A program made the position numbers and the translations under genes. From Sumerlaeia bacterium (GTDB lineage Bacteria; Sumerlaeota; Sumerlaeia; SLMS01; JAHLLQ01), in the NCBI GenBank assembly GCA_040219255.1, contig JAVJSW010000056.1:1-64000 (forward strand): a stretch of DNA of 64,000 nt. The letters run 5' to 3'. The notes below the pieces were generated by a model that saw only the letters and a program-made list of their open reading frames with translations, had not been told where the DNA came from and did not search any database. Positions 46,019-55,681 of the stretch are shown piece by piece. The stretch's first letter is position 1. Each line of letters opens with the position of its first letter.

Positions 46019-46936
46019 TTAACCCTTCGATCCAGACATCGCAATGCCTTCGATAAAGGTCTTTTGCGTGAAGAAGAACAGAATGATGACGGGCAGGACC
46101 ACGAGCGTCGAGGCGGCCATCAGGAGGTTCATGTCGGTGCCGCCGTGCTTGCTTTGGAAGTGCTGGAGACCGAGGGCGAGGGTGAACTGCTCGCGGTCGG
46201 TGAGGTAAATCAGCGGCCCCATGAAGTCGTTCCAGATCGCCATAAAGGTAAACAATCCAACGACCATCAGCGCCGGCCGGGTCAGCGGCAGGGCGATTTG
46301 CCAGTAGATGCGCCAATGGCTGCACCCGTCGATCATGGCGGCTTCCGTCAGGTCCCTCGGCAGGGTCATGAAAAATTGGCGCAGAAGGAAAATGCTGTAC
46401 GCCGATCCAAACCACATGGGGACCCAGAGGGGTTTGAAGGAGCCGATCCATCCGAGATCGCGAAAAATCCCATAGAGCGGCACCATCAGCACCGGAAAGG
46501 GGATCATCATCGTGCCTAAGCTGAAGAAAAACAGGGTGTCGCGCCCTTTCCAATCGATGCGCGAAAACCCGTAGGCGACCAGCGAGCAACTGAACACCGT
46601 GCCGGAAACGCCGAGGATGCACAGCCAGACGGTGTTCCACGTGTAACGCCAGAAGGGAATGGCGCGGGTGGCTTCGGCGTAGTTGCGCCAGCGGATGGGC
46701 TCGGGGATCCACTGGGGCGGCAGGCGCATGACCTGATCGAGTTCTTTGAGCGATGTGCTGATCATCCACAGAAAGGGGAAAAGAAAGATCGCCGCGAAGA
46801 ACAACAAGATCGCGTATCGCACCGCCAGCCCGGCCACCGATTGAGTCTGATGCCAATCGAGAATGGCTCTCAGCGGTCTCGAGCGCTTGACCGGTTTGTA
46901 TGGTGTGGTGAAGGGGGCCAGCTCAGCTTCCTGCAT
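46019..46936 (-). CDS. Carbohydrate ABC transporter permease (MalG-like)
   Basis: FLLRQFF..EAAMIDG, WNDFMGPLIY. Confidence 0.93.
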   Translation of the reverse strand: MQEAELAPFTTPYKPVKRSRPLRAILDWHQTQSVAGLAVRYAILLFFAAIFLFPFLWMISTSLKELDQVMRLPPQWIPEPIRWRNYAEATRAIPFWRYTWNTVWLCILGVSGTVFSCSLVAYGFSRIDWKGRDTLFFFSLGTMMIPFPVLMVPLYGIFRDLGWIGSFKPLWVPMWFGSAYSIFLLRQFFMTLPRDLTEAAMIDGCSHWRIYWQIALPLTRPALMVVGLFTFMAIWNDFMGPLIYLTDREQFTLALGLQHFQSKHGGTDMNLLMAASTLVVLPVIILFFFTQKTFIEGIAMSGSKG

Positions 46937-47804
46937 AGTAAATGTGCTTTCTGGAAAGAAAGTGCGCCGAAGCCGTCAGCAAGGCAATCAGAACAAACAA
47001 CACCACCGCCATCGCGCAGGCGTATCCCATATTCAAATACTGGAACGCCTGATCGAACAGATACATGGTGTAGAAAAGGGTCGATCGGGCCGGGCCTCCA
47101 CCCGTCATGATATAGGGCACGGCAAAGACCTGGAGGATGACGATGCATCCCATGATCAGGTTGAAATAGATGACCGGAGTCAGCATGGGCAGGGTGACGT
47201 TCAGGGTCTTCTGCCACCATCCGGCGCCATCGATGGTGGCGGCTTCGTAGAGGGAGCGAGGCACGTCCTGCAAACCAGCCAGATAAATCACCATGGCATG
47301 GCCTGCGCCCCAGAGCCCGGTCACCACCAGGGCCGGTTTCGACCAGGTCGTGCTGCCCAGCCAGTCCGGTCCGTCGATTCCGACGAGACCGAGCAGGTGA
47401 TTGAGAACGCCGAAGTTGCCATTGAAGATCCATTGCCACAGGATCGCCAGGGCGACCAGCGGCACCAGCGACGGCAGAAAGAAGATCGTCCGAAAGAACG
47501 GCCGCGCGAAGATCGGTGTGTTCAGCAGCAAAGCCAGCCCGATCGACAGAAAGGTGCCCAGCGGCAGCGCCAGCGCCGCGAAGAAAACCGTGTTCCAGAG
47601 CGACTTCCAGAACGTTGCGTCGGTCGCCAGATCGACGTAATTGCCGGGCCCGATAAAGACCGGGTCCTTCAGAACGGAGTAATCGCACAGGCTGTAATAG
47701 AAAGCCATGAAGGCCGGCAGCAGAATAAAGACCGTGAGGCCAATCAGCCAGGGCGAGATAAAGAGCAGCCCTTCGCCCAGTGAATGCCGTTCTTTCCTGG
47801 TCAT
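46923..47804 (-). CDS. Carbohydrate ABC transporter permease (MalF-like)
   Basis: YLAGLQDVP..YEAATIDGA, TGGGP, MGYACA. Confidence 0.93.
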   Translation of the reverse strand: MTRKERHSLGEGLLFISPWLIGLTVFILLPAFMAFYYSLCDYSVLKDPVFIGPGNYVDLATDATFWKSLWNTVFFAALALPLGTFLSIGLALLLNTPIFARPFFRTIFFLPSLVPLVALAILWQWIFNGNFGVLNHLLGLVGIDGPDWLGSTTWSKPALVVTGLWGAGHAMVIYLAGLQDVPRSLYEAATIDGAGWWQKTLNVTLPMLTPVIYFNLIMGCIVILQVFAVPYIMTGGGPARSTLFYTMYLFDQAFQYLNMGYACAMAVVLFVLIALLTASAHFLSRKHIYYAGS

Positions 47805-49138
47805 TGCGCGGCCCATTCTTTCTTGCGTTCTTCGGCGATGCGTTCCCATTGGCGGTTGGCCTTGTCCAACTTCGGTTGGATTTTGCCGGCCACATCGCCC
47901 AGCCCGGACGAGGGTTCCACCAACTGGCGCCAGATGCGGTCATAGGTGAAATTGATCTCGTCGCGGTATTCGCTGTAAATCGATGTCTTGGGCGTGTAAC
48001 TCGCGTTGGACGATTCGGCCAACTGGCGAAACACCCGGATATAGGGATTGGGATGTTCTTCGTAGAAGGATTCGCTCACTTCGGCCAGGGGCGAGAACTT
48101 GCGCTGGCCCAGGCAAAGGGCCTCCATGTTCTTTTGCCGCTGCACGAACTTGATGAAGTCCCAGGCCTCTTCCCGATGCTTGGCGCCCTTGGGGATAACC
48201 AGGACGTCGCACTCGCAGACGGTCACCGGGGCCATGTCGGCCGAGACGGCGGGAAAGGGCGCCACGGCCCATTCCAGCTCGGGGTTGTATTTGTTGATGA
48301 AGTTGGCCATCCAAACGCCCTGCAACACCATGGCCACTTGGCCGCTGATGAAGAGGTTCTGGGCCGAGGCGAATTGGCCGCCGACGGCTTGAAAGCGTTG
48401 CAGTTCCGTCTGACCGTACTCGGCGGGAAAGCTCTGCACCCAATCGTAGGCGGCCTGGTTTTCCGGCGAGGCGATGGCGATCCGGTCGCCGTCGAGCAGC
48501 TGGCCGCCAAACCACAGGCCCCATCGGTCGTTCCACCATCCGGGTTCGGAGGGTGAAAAGCCGAGTTGGGTGATGGCGCCGCTTTCGTCGGTGCGGGTCA
48601 ATTTCTTGGCGTATTCGTTCAATTCGGCGATGGTGCGGGGCGGACGGTCGGGGTCCAGGCCCGCCTCGCGGAACATCTCGCGGTTGTAATGCAGCGCCAG
48701 CGTGGCGGGCGTGGTGGGCAGAGCCCAGGTGAAACCCTTGTACTGGCATTGCTCCATGATGATCGGCAGGTAGTGACTGGGGCTGAGGCCGTCGCGCTGC
48801 ATGAGGCCATCGAGCGGTTCGAGGGCGCCCATTTCCGCAAAGGTGTACAGACGCCACGACCACAGCCCCGCCACATCTGGCGGATTCCCCCCCGCCGTTG
48901 CCAGGATCAGCTTTCGATCGATTTCGCCGGTGGACAGATACTCCACGTAAACCTTGTCCTGAGAGGCATTGTAGGCGTCCACAAGGTCGCCCATCGCCTC
49001 CTTTTCGAAATCCTCCCACTTTTCCCAATAGGTGATGACCACCCGGCCATCCCGGGTCGTGTCGGCGCTTTCGGCGCCGCACCCGGTCATGCCGATGGAA
49101 AGAAGCAGCAGGGCCGCCAGGCCAAGAATCACGCGCAT
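47801..49138 (-). CDS. Sugar ABC transporter substrate-binding lipoprotein
   Basis: Lipobox MTGC; AGGNPPDV, YNREMFREAGLDP, GQVAM..GVW. Confidence 0.92.
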   Translation of the reverse strand: MRVILGLAALLLLSIGMTGCGAESADTTRDGRVVITYWEKWEDFEKEAMGDLVDAYNASQDKVYVEYLSTGEIDRKLILATAGGNPPDVAGLWSWRLYTFAEMGALEPLDGLMQRDGLSPSHYLPIIMEQCQYKGFTWALPTTPATLALHYNREMFREAGLDPDRPPRTIAELNEYAKKLTRTDESGAITQLGFSPSEPGWWNDRWGLWFGGQLLDGDRIAIASPENQAAYDWVQSFPAEYGQTELQRFQAVGGQFASAQNLFISGQVAMVLQGVWMANFINKYNPELEWAVAPFPAVSADMAPVTVCECDVLVIPKGAKHREEAWDFIKFVQRQKNMEALCLGQRKFSPLAEVSESFYEEHPNPYIRVFRQLAESSNASYTPKTSIYSEYRDEINFTYDRIWRQLVEPSSGLGDVAGKIQPKLDKANRQWERIAEERKKEWAAQ

Positions 49139-49190
49139 GGTATCCGCCTCCCGTGAAATCGAAGATCGCCCATCCTAAGTTATGGATTCC

Positions 49191-49994
49191 TTACTCGTAG
49201 GTTTCCCAGGACTCGACACGCGTCGATCCGGGGCCGTCGATCAGGATCGAGTTGAAGTACGCGTCGTTCGTCGCGCCGGAGCCGGCGTTGTTGTTGAAGA
49301 AGCGGACTTCCGTGATCGCCTGGCCGCCGGACGGAGCGGCCAACAGACCCGATGTCGTGTAGGTGTCGCCGCTGCTGACCACTTCCAGGCTGAAATCGTA
49401 GGAGTTGGAAGACGTCAGCGAGAACGACACGTTGAGGCCGTCGCTGGTGAAACCGATCGTCGTGTCTTTGAAACCCTCGGCGTCGAAGTACTGGTAGGCG
49501 GGTGCGCCACCGGCGTAGAGGGCCTCGAAGACGTTCTCGTCGCTGGCGTTGCGCAGGCTGAAGCCGACGGCGCTGCCGCCGTCGATGAAGCCGTTGTCCA
49601 TACCGAAGGTCAGCGTATCGCCGACGGAGAGCGGGGTCGAGAAGGGGCGGATCGCTTCCGAGCTGTCGCCCGAGTTGGCCCACAGGCCCCAGGCCACGCC
49701 CATGCTCATGGTGTCGGTCGTGTTGATGTCGCCGTCGCCGTTCGAGTCGCCAAAGCCGTTGCTGCTCGAGTCGCCCTTGAAGCGGCCGGCGTTGGCGCCG
49801 GAGGAATTGATTTCCCAGGCCTCGAGGCCGAAGCCGCCATTCATGCCCGGGTCGAACCCGCTGTCGTAAGTCGAGGTCGAGGCGTCGTCGGCGGCCAGCG
49901 TAACCGCTGACGCATTGGCGGGTAGAAAGGAGGCGGCGAGAGCGAGGCCACCGGCCGCCAGAAGGGTGGGAAGAACGAATCGTTTGTTGGACAT
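49191..49994 (-). CDS. Secreted acidic beta-rich protein with an RVESWETYE tail
   Basis: Signal peptide ending ANASA; ADDAS..Y..G..GMNGGFGLEAW; G/S/D/N-rich. Confidence 0.75.
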   Translation of the reverse strand: MSNKRFVLPTLLAAGGLALAASFLPANASAVTLAADDASTSTYDSGFDPGMNGGFGLEAWEINSSGANAGRFKGDSSSNGFGDSNGDGDINTTDTMSMGVAWGLWANSGDSSEAIRPFSTPLSVGDTLTFGMDNGFIDGGSAVGFSLRNASDENVFEALYAGGAPAYQYFDAEGFKDTTIGFTSDGLNVSFSLTSSNSYDFSLEVVSSGDTYTTSGLLAAPSGGQAITEVRFFNNNAGSGATNDAYFNSILIDGPGSTRVESWETYE

Positions 49995-50076
49995 GAGAAC
50001 TGTCTCCAGTCGAAGTAGTGCAATCAGGTGGTTTCAATCAAACCACACCCAAGTTTGATTCCGGGAGCGGGGTTTG

Positions 50077-51966
50077 TCACGTGGTGGCTACGCTTCCATC
50101 GCTGTCTTTCGCGCGGGGAAAACCGTTGAAGGAAGATTGATTGTGGGCGCCGGGGCGCTTTTCGCTGGCACCCAGGCCGGTGGCGATGGCGTGAGCCACA
50201 AAACCGGCGCAGGTGGCGAAGTGCATCCCTGTTTCCGGCAGGCCCGTTTCCGCGTTCACGGACTCGCAGGCGATGCCGTTGTCCATCCGGGCGCGGCGCA
50301 GGAAGGACAGGCCCTCTTCGCGGCGGACGCCGGACAAAACGCTATTACAGGCGCTCAGGATCCACGGATGTGGGGCGTCGGTGGTATGCCGGTTGCCGAG
50401 TTCACTGAAGGCCCCCGGCATCCAGTACGGATAGGCGTCGGAATACAGGTGCTGGACCGTGCGGCGGTAGGCCGGATCGTCGGGCGAGCAAAGGCCGTAG
50501 TAGCTGAGCAGGAGTAGACTGCCGGCCGCTTCGTCGTACATCTCGAAGTTGCCTTCCAGATCCGTGGCCCATTGATACATGCCATCGCGGACCAGGTGCG
50601 CCTTGATGGCGGCGGGAATGCGGGCCGCTTCCTCGCGGGCCCAGGCCGCGTCCAGGGGGGAAATCTCGTCGAGAATCGGCGCCAGCAGCCGCAGCCCCGC
50701 CAGCACCAGGGCGTTGTTGTAGGTCAGCACATCGCGGCCGCCGACGATCAGGTCGTCCGTGGGCATCAGTTCCGTGCGGTACAGCGCCACATCCGCCACG
50801 CGCCAACGGCGTAACCGGTTCAGCAGGTCCAGAATGCCGGCCCGGATCGGCTCCTCGCGCCAGAGACAGCGCTCGGGGTGGAGCTGGCGCCATTGGCCCA
50901 TGGCCAGCAGCGGCGCCATCAGTTCGTCCAGCTCGAAGCCGTACTCGAGGACCTGGCCGCCGATCTGGCGGCTGTGGATTCCGGCGTGGAGCAGCTGTGG
51001 CCCGAAGGCGTAGCGCAGAAGCGCTTCCGCATGATCCGCGTCGTTGCGCAGCAGGAACGGATAAAGCCACAGCAGCGAGTCCCGGTCCCAATAGGCCGAC
51101 GACACGTAGTAGCGATGGCTGCGGGATGTCATGGAAACGACGCGGCTCGTGTCGAGAGCGTGCGACATGGCGTAGAAGCGTGCGAAGTGGCCGTTGCGGG
51201 TGGCCAGAGCGGCGAGCTGGGGCTCGTAGCCAGTCTCCGGCAAGGCGCGGTCGTTGAGCCACTGGCGCGTGCGGCGCAACCACTCGTCGAGGCCGAGGCG
51301 GGACGCCTCCAGGTCGGCGCTGCGAGCCCCCACGCGCGAGAGGCCCACACCGATCAGCAGGTTCGGTTCGCCGTGGGTCGTCAACTCCAGCGTAAAGGGC
51401 CCGCGCACGTTCACATCCGGCGAACCGGACTCGATATCCGTGACCTGGCCATCGTGCAGGCATCGCGTCACCATGCCGTCCTCGATGCGGAAGGACAGGC
51501 AGAGCATCAGCGTCCCCGCCCACAATTCGACAACGACGCCGGGGGTGTAGGACCACTCGAAGGCGGCGATGCGGGCGGACCACTGGGGCAATTCGTGGCG
51601 CACGTTAATGGTCTGGAACAGACGGGCCAGATCGAAGCGGAACGTCACCGCTTCGCCCTCGGCCTGGGCGGGGGCCTGATAGGCCACGAAACGCTCGAAC
51701 GGCGGCGCCAGGATGCGGCCCTGCACACTGCGGTTCTTGCGGTGGTGCATGGTCGGGATCCACTGCTCGTCCGAGTCCCAGGCCCACTGGCCCCGCTGCC
51801 CGGCGATGGTGTTGCAGGAAAGAAGGGCGCCGCCGCGAGGCCCTTCGAGTTCCAGCAGACCGTCGAGTTTTTCGAGGACCACATTCAAACATTCGACCGC
51901 ACCGTCTTCCTGGCGGATGGTGGGGAGGGCGATGTAGTGATTTCCCGTGGGGAGGTAAAGTTGCAT
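50077..51966 (-). CDS. Cytoplasmic (alpha/alpha)6 glycoside hydrolase, GH125-like
   Basis: YWDRDSLLW, FELDEL, TELMPTDD, YDEAAGSLLLL, HPW, MDNGIACESV..HFATCAG. Confidence 0.7.
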   Translation of the reverse strand: MQLYLPTGNHYIALPTIRQEDGAVECLNVVLEKLDGLLELEGPRGGALLSCNTIAGQRGQWAWDSDEQWIPTMHHRKNRSVQGRILAPPFERFVAYQAPAQAEGEAVTFRFDLARLFQTINVRHELPQWSARIAAFEWSYTPGVVVELWAGTLMLCLSFRIEDGMVTRCLHDGQVTDIESGSPDVNVRGPFTLELTTHGEPNLLIGVGLSRVGARSADLEASRLGLDEWLRRTRQWLNDRALPETGYEPQLAALATRNGHFARFYAMSHALDTSRVVSMTSRSHRYYVSSAYWDRDSLLWLYPFLLRNDADHAEALLRYAFGPQLLHAGIHSRQIGGQVLEYGFELDELMAPLLAMGQWRQLHPERCLWREEPIRAGILDLLNRLRRWRVADVALYRTELMPTDDLIVGGRDVLTYNNALVLAGLRLLAPILDEISPLDAAWAREEAARIPAAIKAHLVRDGMYQWATDLEGNFEMYDEAAGSLLLLSYYGLCSPDDPAYRRTVQHLYSDAYPYWMPGAFSELGNRHTTDAPHPWILSACNSVLSGVRREEGLSFLRRARMDNGIACESVNAETGLPETGMHFATCAGFVAHAIATGLGASEKRPGAHNQSSFNGFPRAKDSDGSVATT

Positions 51967-52034
51967 GGGATCGGGATTCCTGAGATGGATGAGGGAAGAA
52001 TTGGGGACGAGGGACTGGGTCCGGGGGGCTATCA

Positions 52035-52042
52035 AAGCGCTT
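52035..52042. promoter_or_regulatory. Candidate LacI-family operator core AAGCGCTT
   Basis: CG-centred palindrome upstream of the GH125-like operon. Confidence 0.3.
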
Positions 52043-52148
52043 ACGCATTCGGTGTGCGGAAGGGCGGTTCGAGAGTGGGCTCGGGACGGACCTAGACACT
52101 TGGGCGAAGCGTTGCGTTGTTAAAGGGCTTTTACCACCCTCCGTCAAG

Positions 52149-52172
52149 GAGAATCGGACCGGTTCGAATCTC
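52149..52172. promoter_or_regulatory. Candidate LacI-family operator GAGAATCGGACCGGTTCGAATCTC
   Basis: Imperfect 24-bp CG-centred palindrome between the divergent operon and the LacI gene. Confidence 0.4.
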
Positions 52173-52309
52173 TTCCCTTGAAACCCCCGGCCGCCACCGC
52201 CAGGCTTTCCCCTTGACCGGCCCGCTTTCTCCTTTTTCTCTCTCTGCGTGACCCGTTACGCAGGTATTTGACGGCCGATCGTTTCATTCACCTCGAAGGG
52301 GAGTCCCCG

Positions 52310-53320
52310 GTGGCCTCGACAATACACGACATCGCGCGCATGGCCGGGGTTTCCATTGGAACGGTTTCGCGCGTGATCAACGGCAAGGACCGGGTGGCGC
52401 CCGACACGCGGGCGCGGGTTCTTTCTCTCATCGAGCAGTACAACTTCCGCCCCCGCGCCTCGGCCCGCGGCCTGGCCATGAACAAGACCCGCTCCATCAT
52501 GCTGCTGGTGTCCGACATCGGCAACATCTACTTCGCCGAACTGGCCAAGGAAATCAGCCGCCACTGCCGCGTGCGCGGCTACAAGGTCCTCCTCGGCGAC
52601 AGCGACGAAACCATCAGTGTCGAGTCCGAGCACCTGAAGGCCATGACCGACGGCAGCGTGGACGGCCTGATTATCGCCCCGCTCTCCACCGACGCCAACA
52701 TCGCCCATTACGGCGATCTGATCGAGCGCGGCTTTCCCCTCGTCATGCTCGACACCAATCTGCCCGGCGTGAAGGCGAGTTGCGTTCGCGTCGACAACCG
52801 CCTCGGCGGCGAAATGGCCGTCGACTACCTGGTCGAAAAAGGCCACCGGCGCATCGCCTTCGTCAGCGGCGACACCACCTTCCAGACAAACCGCCTGCGC
52901 TACGAGGGCTACTGCCAGGGGCTGCAGAAGCACGGCCTGCCGCTGCGCGAGCCCTACCTGGTGCCGAACCAGGAGTTCCTCGAAGAGCAGGGCTTCTGCG
53001 GCGTCGAGCGGTTGATGGCGCTGGCCGAGCCGCCGACGGCGATTTTCGCCACGTCCGACCTGACGGCGATGGGGTGCATCCGCGCCGCCACGGCCCAGGG
53101 TTGCCGCGTGCCCGAAGATGTCGCGGTGCTGGGCTTCGATAACCTGAAAATCAGCGCCCACCTCGGCATTCCGCTCACCACCGTGGGCCAGCCCCGCGAG
53201 GAAATCGGCCGCCAGGCGGTGGACCTGCTGCTCGCCAAAATCGACGCCGACAAGTCGAAGAAACTGCCGATCGAAGAACGCCTCGTCCCGCCCCAGATCG
53301 TCGTGCGCGCCTCGGCCTGA
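52310..53320 (+). CDS. LacI-family transcriptional regulator
   Basis: TIHDIARMAGVSIGTVSRVIN, GHRRIA, VPEDVAVLGFDN, LTTV. Confidence 0.95.
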   Translation: MASTIHDIARMAGVSIGTVSRVINGKDRVAPDTRARVLSLIEQYNFRPRASARGLAMNKTRSIMLLVSDIGNIYFAELAKEISRHCRVRGYKVLLGDSDETISVESEHLKAMTDGSVDGLIIAPLSTDANIAHYGDLIERGFPLVMLDTNLPGVKASCVRVDNRLGGEMAVDYLVEKGHRRIAFVSGDTTFQTNRLRYEGYCQGLQKHGLPLREPYLVPNQEFLEEQGFCGVERLMALAEPPTAIFATSDLTAMGCIRAATAQGCRVPEDVAVLGFDNLKISAHLGIPLTTVGQPREEIGRQAVDLLLAKIDADKSKKLPIEERLVPPQIVVRASA

Positions 53321-53429
53321 CGAATTGGCGCGTGTGGTTGACGCCCCCCGCGATTCATCCGATAAAGAGACCCGGCGCGGCCGTCACCCCACATGGTCCG
53401 CGGCGCATTCTTCTCCCGGCGGCTTTCCC

Positions 53430-54113
53430 ATGAGCCCAACCCTGCCCGACACGATCACCGTCCAGATTTCCCGCAAGCGAGAGGTGGACGCCCAGTGCGC
53501 GGACCTGGAAGTGCAGGTCGACTCCTCAGCCGTTTTCTCCGGCAACGCGGCTCTCCAGAAGGCTAAGGAACTGCGCGCGTTGATCGAGGAAATGAAGCGC
53601 CTCGGCATCGAAGAAAAGCAGGTCAAGTTGCGGCGCGTGGCGCTCAATTCCAACACTTTCTCACTGATCCGCACGTCGTCGGCGATGTACCACGTTTCCA
53701 TCAAGAAGGTTCCGATGGACCTGCTCTCCGAGGCGCTCGGTACGATCGCGGCTCAGAAGGGCGTGGAGTTGACGCACCTGGAGTGGCGTTATGGCGATCT
53801 GGAAGCCATCGAGCGGGAGTTGCGCCGCGACGGCTTGACCGCCGCGCTGGCCCAGGCGCGCGAGGACGCGGCGGCCCTGGGCGTGGCGCTGCTGGGGGTG
53901 CATACGCTGCGGGCCGACAAACTGGGCGGCGACGCGAGCTACCACCGCGAATACCTGTCCGCCGCGCCCGCCGGGGCCATGCGCGCGCGCTCCGCTTCCC
54001 CGGTGGACATCGGCGTCGAACTCAGCAATTCTACCACGGTTCGGATCGACCTGACCGTGCAATTCCGAGTGGGTCCCTTCGAGGCCAACTCCGATGGAAA
54101 GCCCCCCTCATGA
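53430..54113 (+). CDS. SIMPL/DUF541-like protein
   Basis: TITVQ..EVDA..ADL, ALAQAREDAAALGVALLGV, terminal VRIDLTVQF. Confidence 0.6.
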   Translation: MSPTLPDTITVQISRKREVDAQCADLEVQVDSSAVFSGNAALQKAKELRALIEEMKRLGIEEKQVKLRRVALNSNTFSLIRTSSAMYHVSIKKVPMDLLSEALGTIAAQKGVELTHLEWRYGDLEAIERELRRDGLTAALAQAREDAAALGVALLGVHTLRADKLGGDASYHREYLSAAPAGAMRARSASPVDIGVELSNSTTVRIDLTVQFRVGPFEANSDGKPPS

Positions 54114-55645
54114 TGACCCTCGAAGTCGAACACGAATACTCCCGCGAGGACCAGGAGCGGCGCGACGAAGCCGAGGCCTATCTCGGCACGCCGCGCCTCG
54201 GCGCGCGCCACTGGGCCCAGGTCGAGGGCTGGGGCATGGCGGTCTCGGCGATGAGCTACCTGTTCCGCCCCACCGACACGGAGGGCGTGCGCGAGGTTTT
54301 CGAACTGGCCCGCCGCCAGGGCGTCACCGTCGCGCTGCGCGGCGGCGGGCGCTCCTATGGCGACGCGTCGATCAACCGCGCCGGCATCGTGCTCGACCTG
54401 ACGGCGATGGACCGCATCCTGGACTGGAACCCGGAAACGGGCATCGTCGAGGTCGAACCCGGTGTCAACATCCGCAAACTCTGGCAGCACATCATCGCCG
54501 ACGGCTGGTGGCCCCCGGTGGTCAGCGGCACCATGTACACCACCATGGCCGGCTGTGCCGCGATGAACGTCCACGGCAAGAACAACTACCGCCTCGGCAC
54601 CTTCGGCGAGCATATCCTCGAATTCGACCTGCTGACGCCGAAGGGCGAACTGCTGACTTGCTCGCCCCGGGAAAACAGCGACCTCTATCATGGCGCCATC
54701 AGCGGCTTCGGCATGCTCGGCTGCATGATCCGGCTGCGCATTCAAATGAAAAAAGTCCACAGCGGACTGCTCTGGGTGGAAGCCTTCAACACGAAATCCA
54801 TCGGCGAAATGATCGACGAAATCGACAAGCGCGCCGGCGATGCCGATTATCTGGTCGGGTGGATCGATTGCACGGCGCGGGGCAAGGCCCTGGGGCGCGG
54901 CATCATCCACGCCGCGTGGTACCGGCCCGAAGGCGAAGACCGCCGCCCAGCCGATCACTTCAATGTCAAAGCCCAGGAACTGCCAGACCGCATCCTCGGC
55001 GTGTTCCCCAAGAGCCTGATGTGGATTTTCCTCAAACCGTTCATCAGCAATTGGGGCATGCGCTGCGTCAATTTGGCGAAGTATTACGCCGGTTTTCTGC
55101 AACCCCAGCACGCACGCTACCTGCAAAGCCACGCGGGCTTTCACTTCCTGCTCGATTACGTGCCCAACTGGAAACTCGCCTATCGTCCCGGCGGCCTGAT
55201 CCAATACCAGTCCTTTGTGCCCAAGGACAAAGCCGAGGAAACCTTCACGCGCCTGATCCAGATGGCCCAGGAGGCGGGCATCCCGCCCTACCTCGGCGTC
55301 TTCAAGAAACACCGCCCCGACCCCTTCCTGCTGACCCACGCGGTCGATGGGTACTCGCTGGCGCTCGATTTCCCCGTCACCAAACGCAACCGCAAAGCGC
55401 TCTGGAAACTCTGCGCCCGGATGGACGACGTGGTGCTCGAGGGCGGCGGCCGCTTCTACTTCGCCAAAGACGCCACCCTGCGGCCCGAAGTCGTGCAGCG
55501 GTTTTTCCCCGACGACAACGTGCAGAAGTTCCTCAAGCTCAAGCACCAGTGCGACCCGGACAATGTCCTCCAGACGAACCTCTCGCGGCGCCTTTTCGGC
55601 GAGGCCTTTGAGGACGCGTTCGGCGGCGCCGGCCCATCCGAATAG
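54110..55645 (+). CDS. DprE1-like FAD-linked oxidase (VAO family)
   Basis: ATGA overlap; GGGRSYGDA, VSGT, NVHGKN, QYQ, GYSLALDF, GGRFYFAKD. Confidence 0.85.
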   Translation: MMTLEVEHEYSREDQERRDEAEAYLGTPRLGARHWAQVEGWGMAVSAMSYLFRPTDTEGVREVFELARRQGVTVALRGGGRSYGDASINRAGIVLDLTAMDRILDWNPETGIVEVEPGVNIRKLWQHIIADGWWPPVVSGTMYTTMAGCAAMNVHGKNNYRLGTFGEHILEFDLLTPKGELLTCSPRENSDLYHGAISGFGMLGCMIRLRIQMKKVHSGLLWVEAFNTKSIGEMIDEIDKRAGDADYLVGWIDCTARGKALGRGIIHAAWYRPEGEDRRPADHFNVKAQELPDRILGVFPKSLMWIFLKPFISNWGMRCVNLAKYYAGFLQPQHARYLQSHAGFHFLLDYVPNWKLAYRPGGLIQYQSFVPKDKAEETFTRLIQMAQEAGIPPYLGVFKKHRPDPFLLTHAVDGYSLALDFPVTKRNRKALWKLCARMDDVVLEGGGRFYFAKDATLRPEVVQRFFPDDNVQKFLKLKHQCDPDNVLQTNLSRRLFGEAFEDAFGGAGPSE

Positions 55646-55681
55646 TGGCGGCTTCGCCCCCCCTCAGAAAGGCCAACGACC

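Noticed and set aside
45957-46856. N-terminal extension making the GH66 ORF 1163 aa
   Set aside because: Overlaps the permease in another frame; the signal peptide begins at 45956
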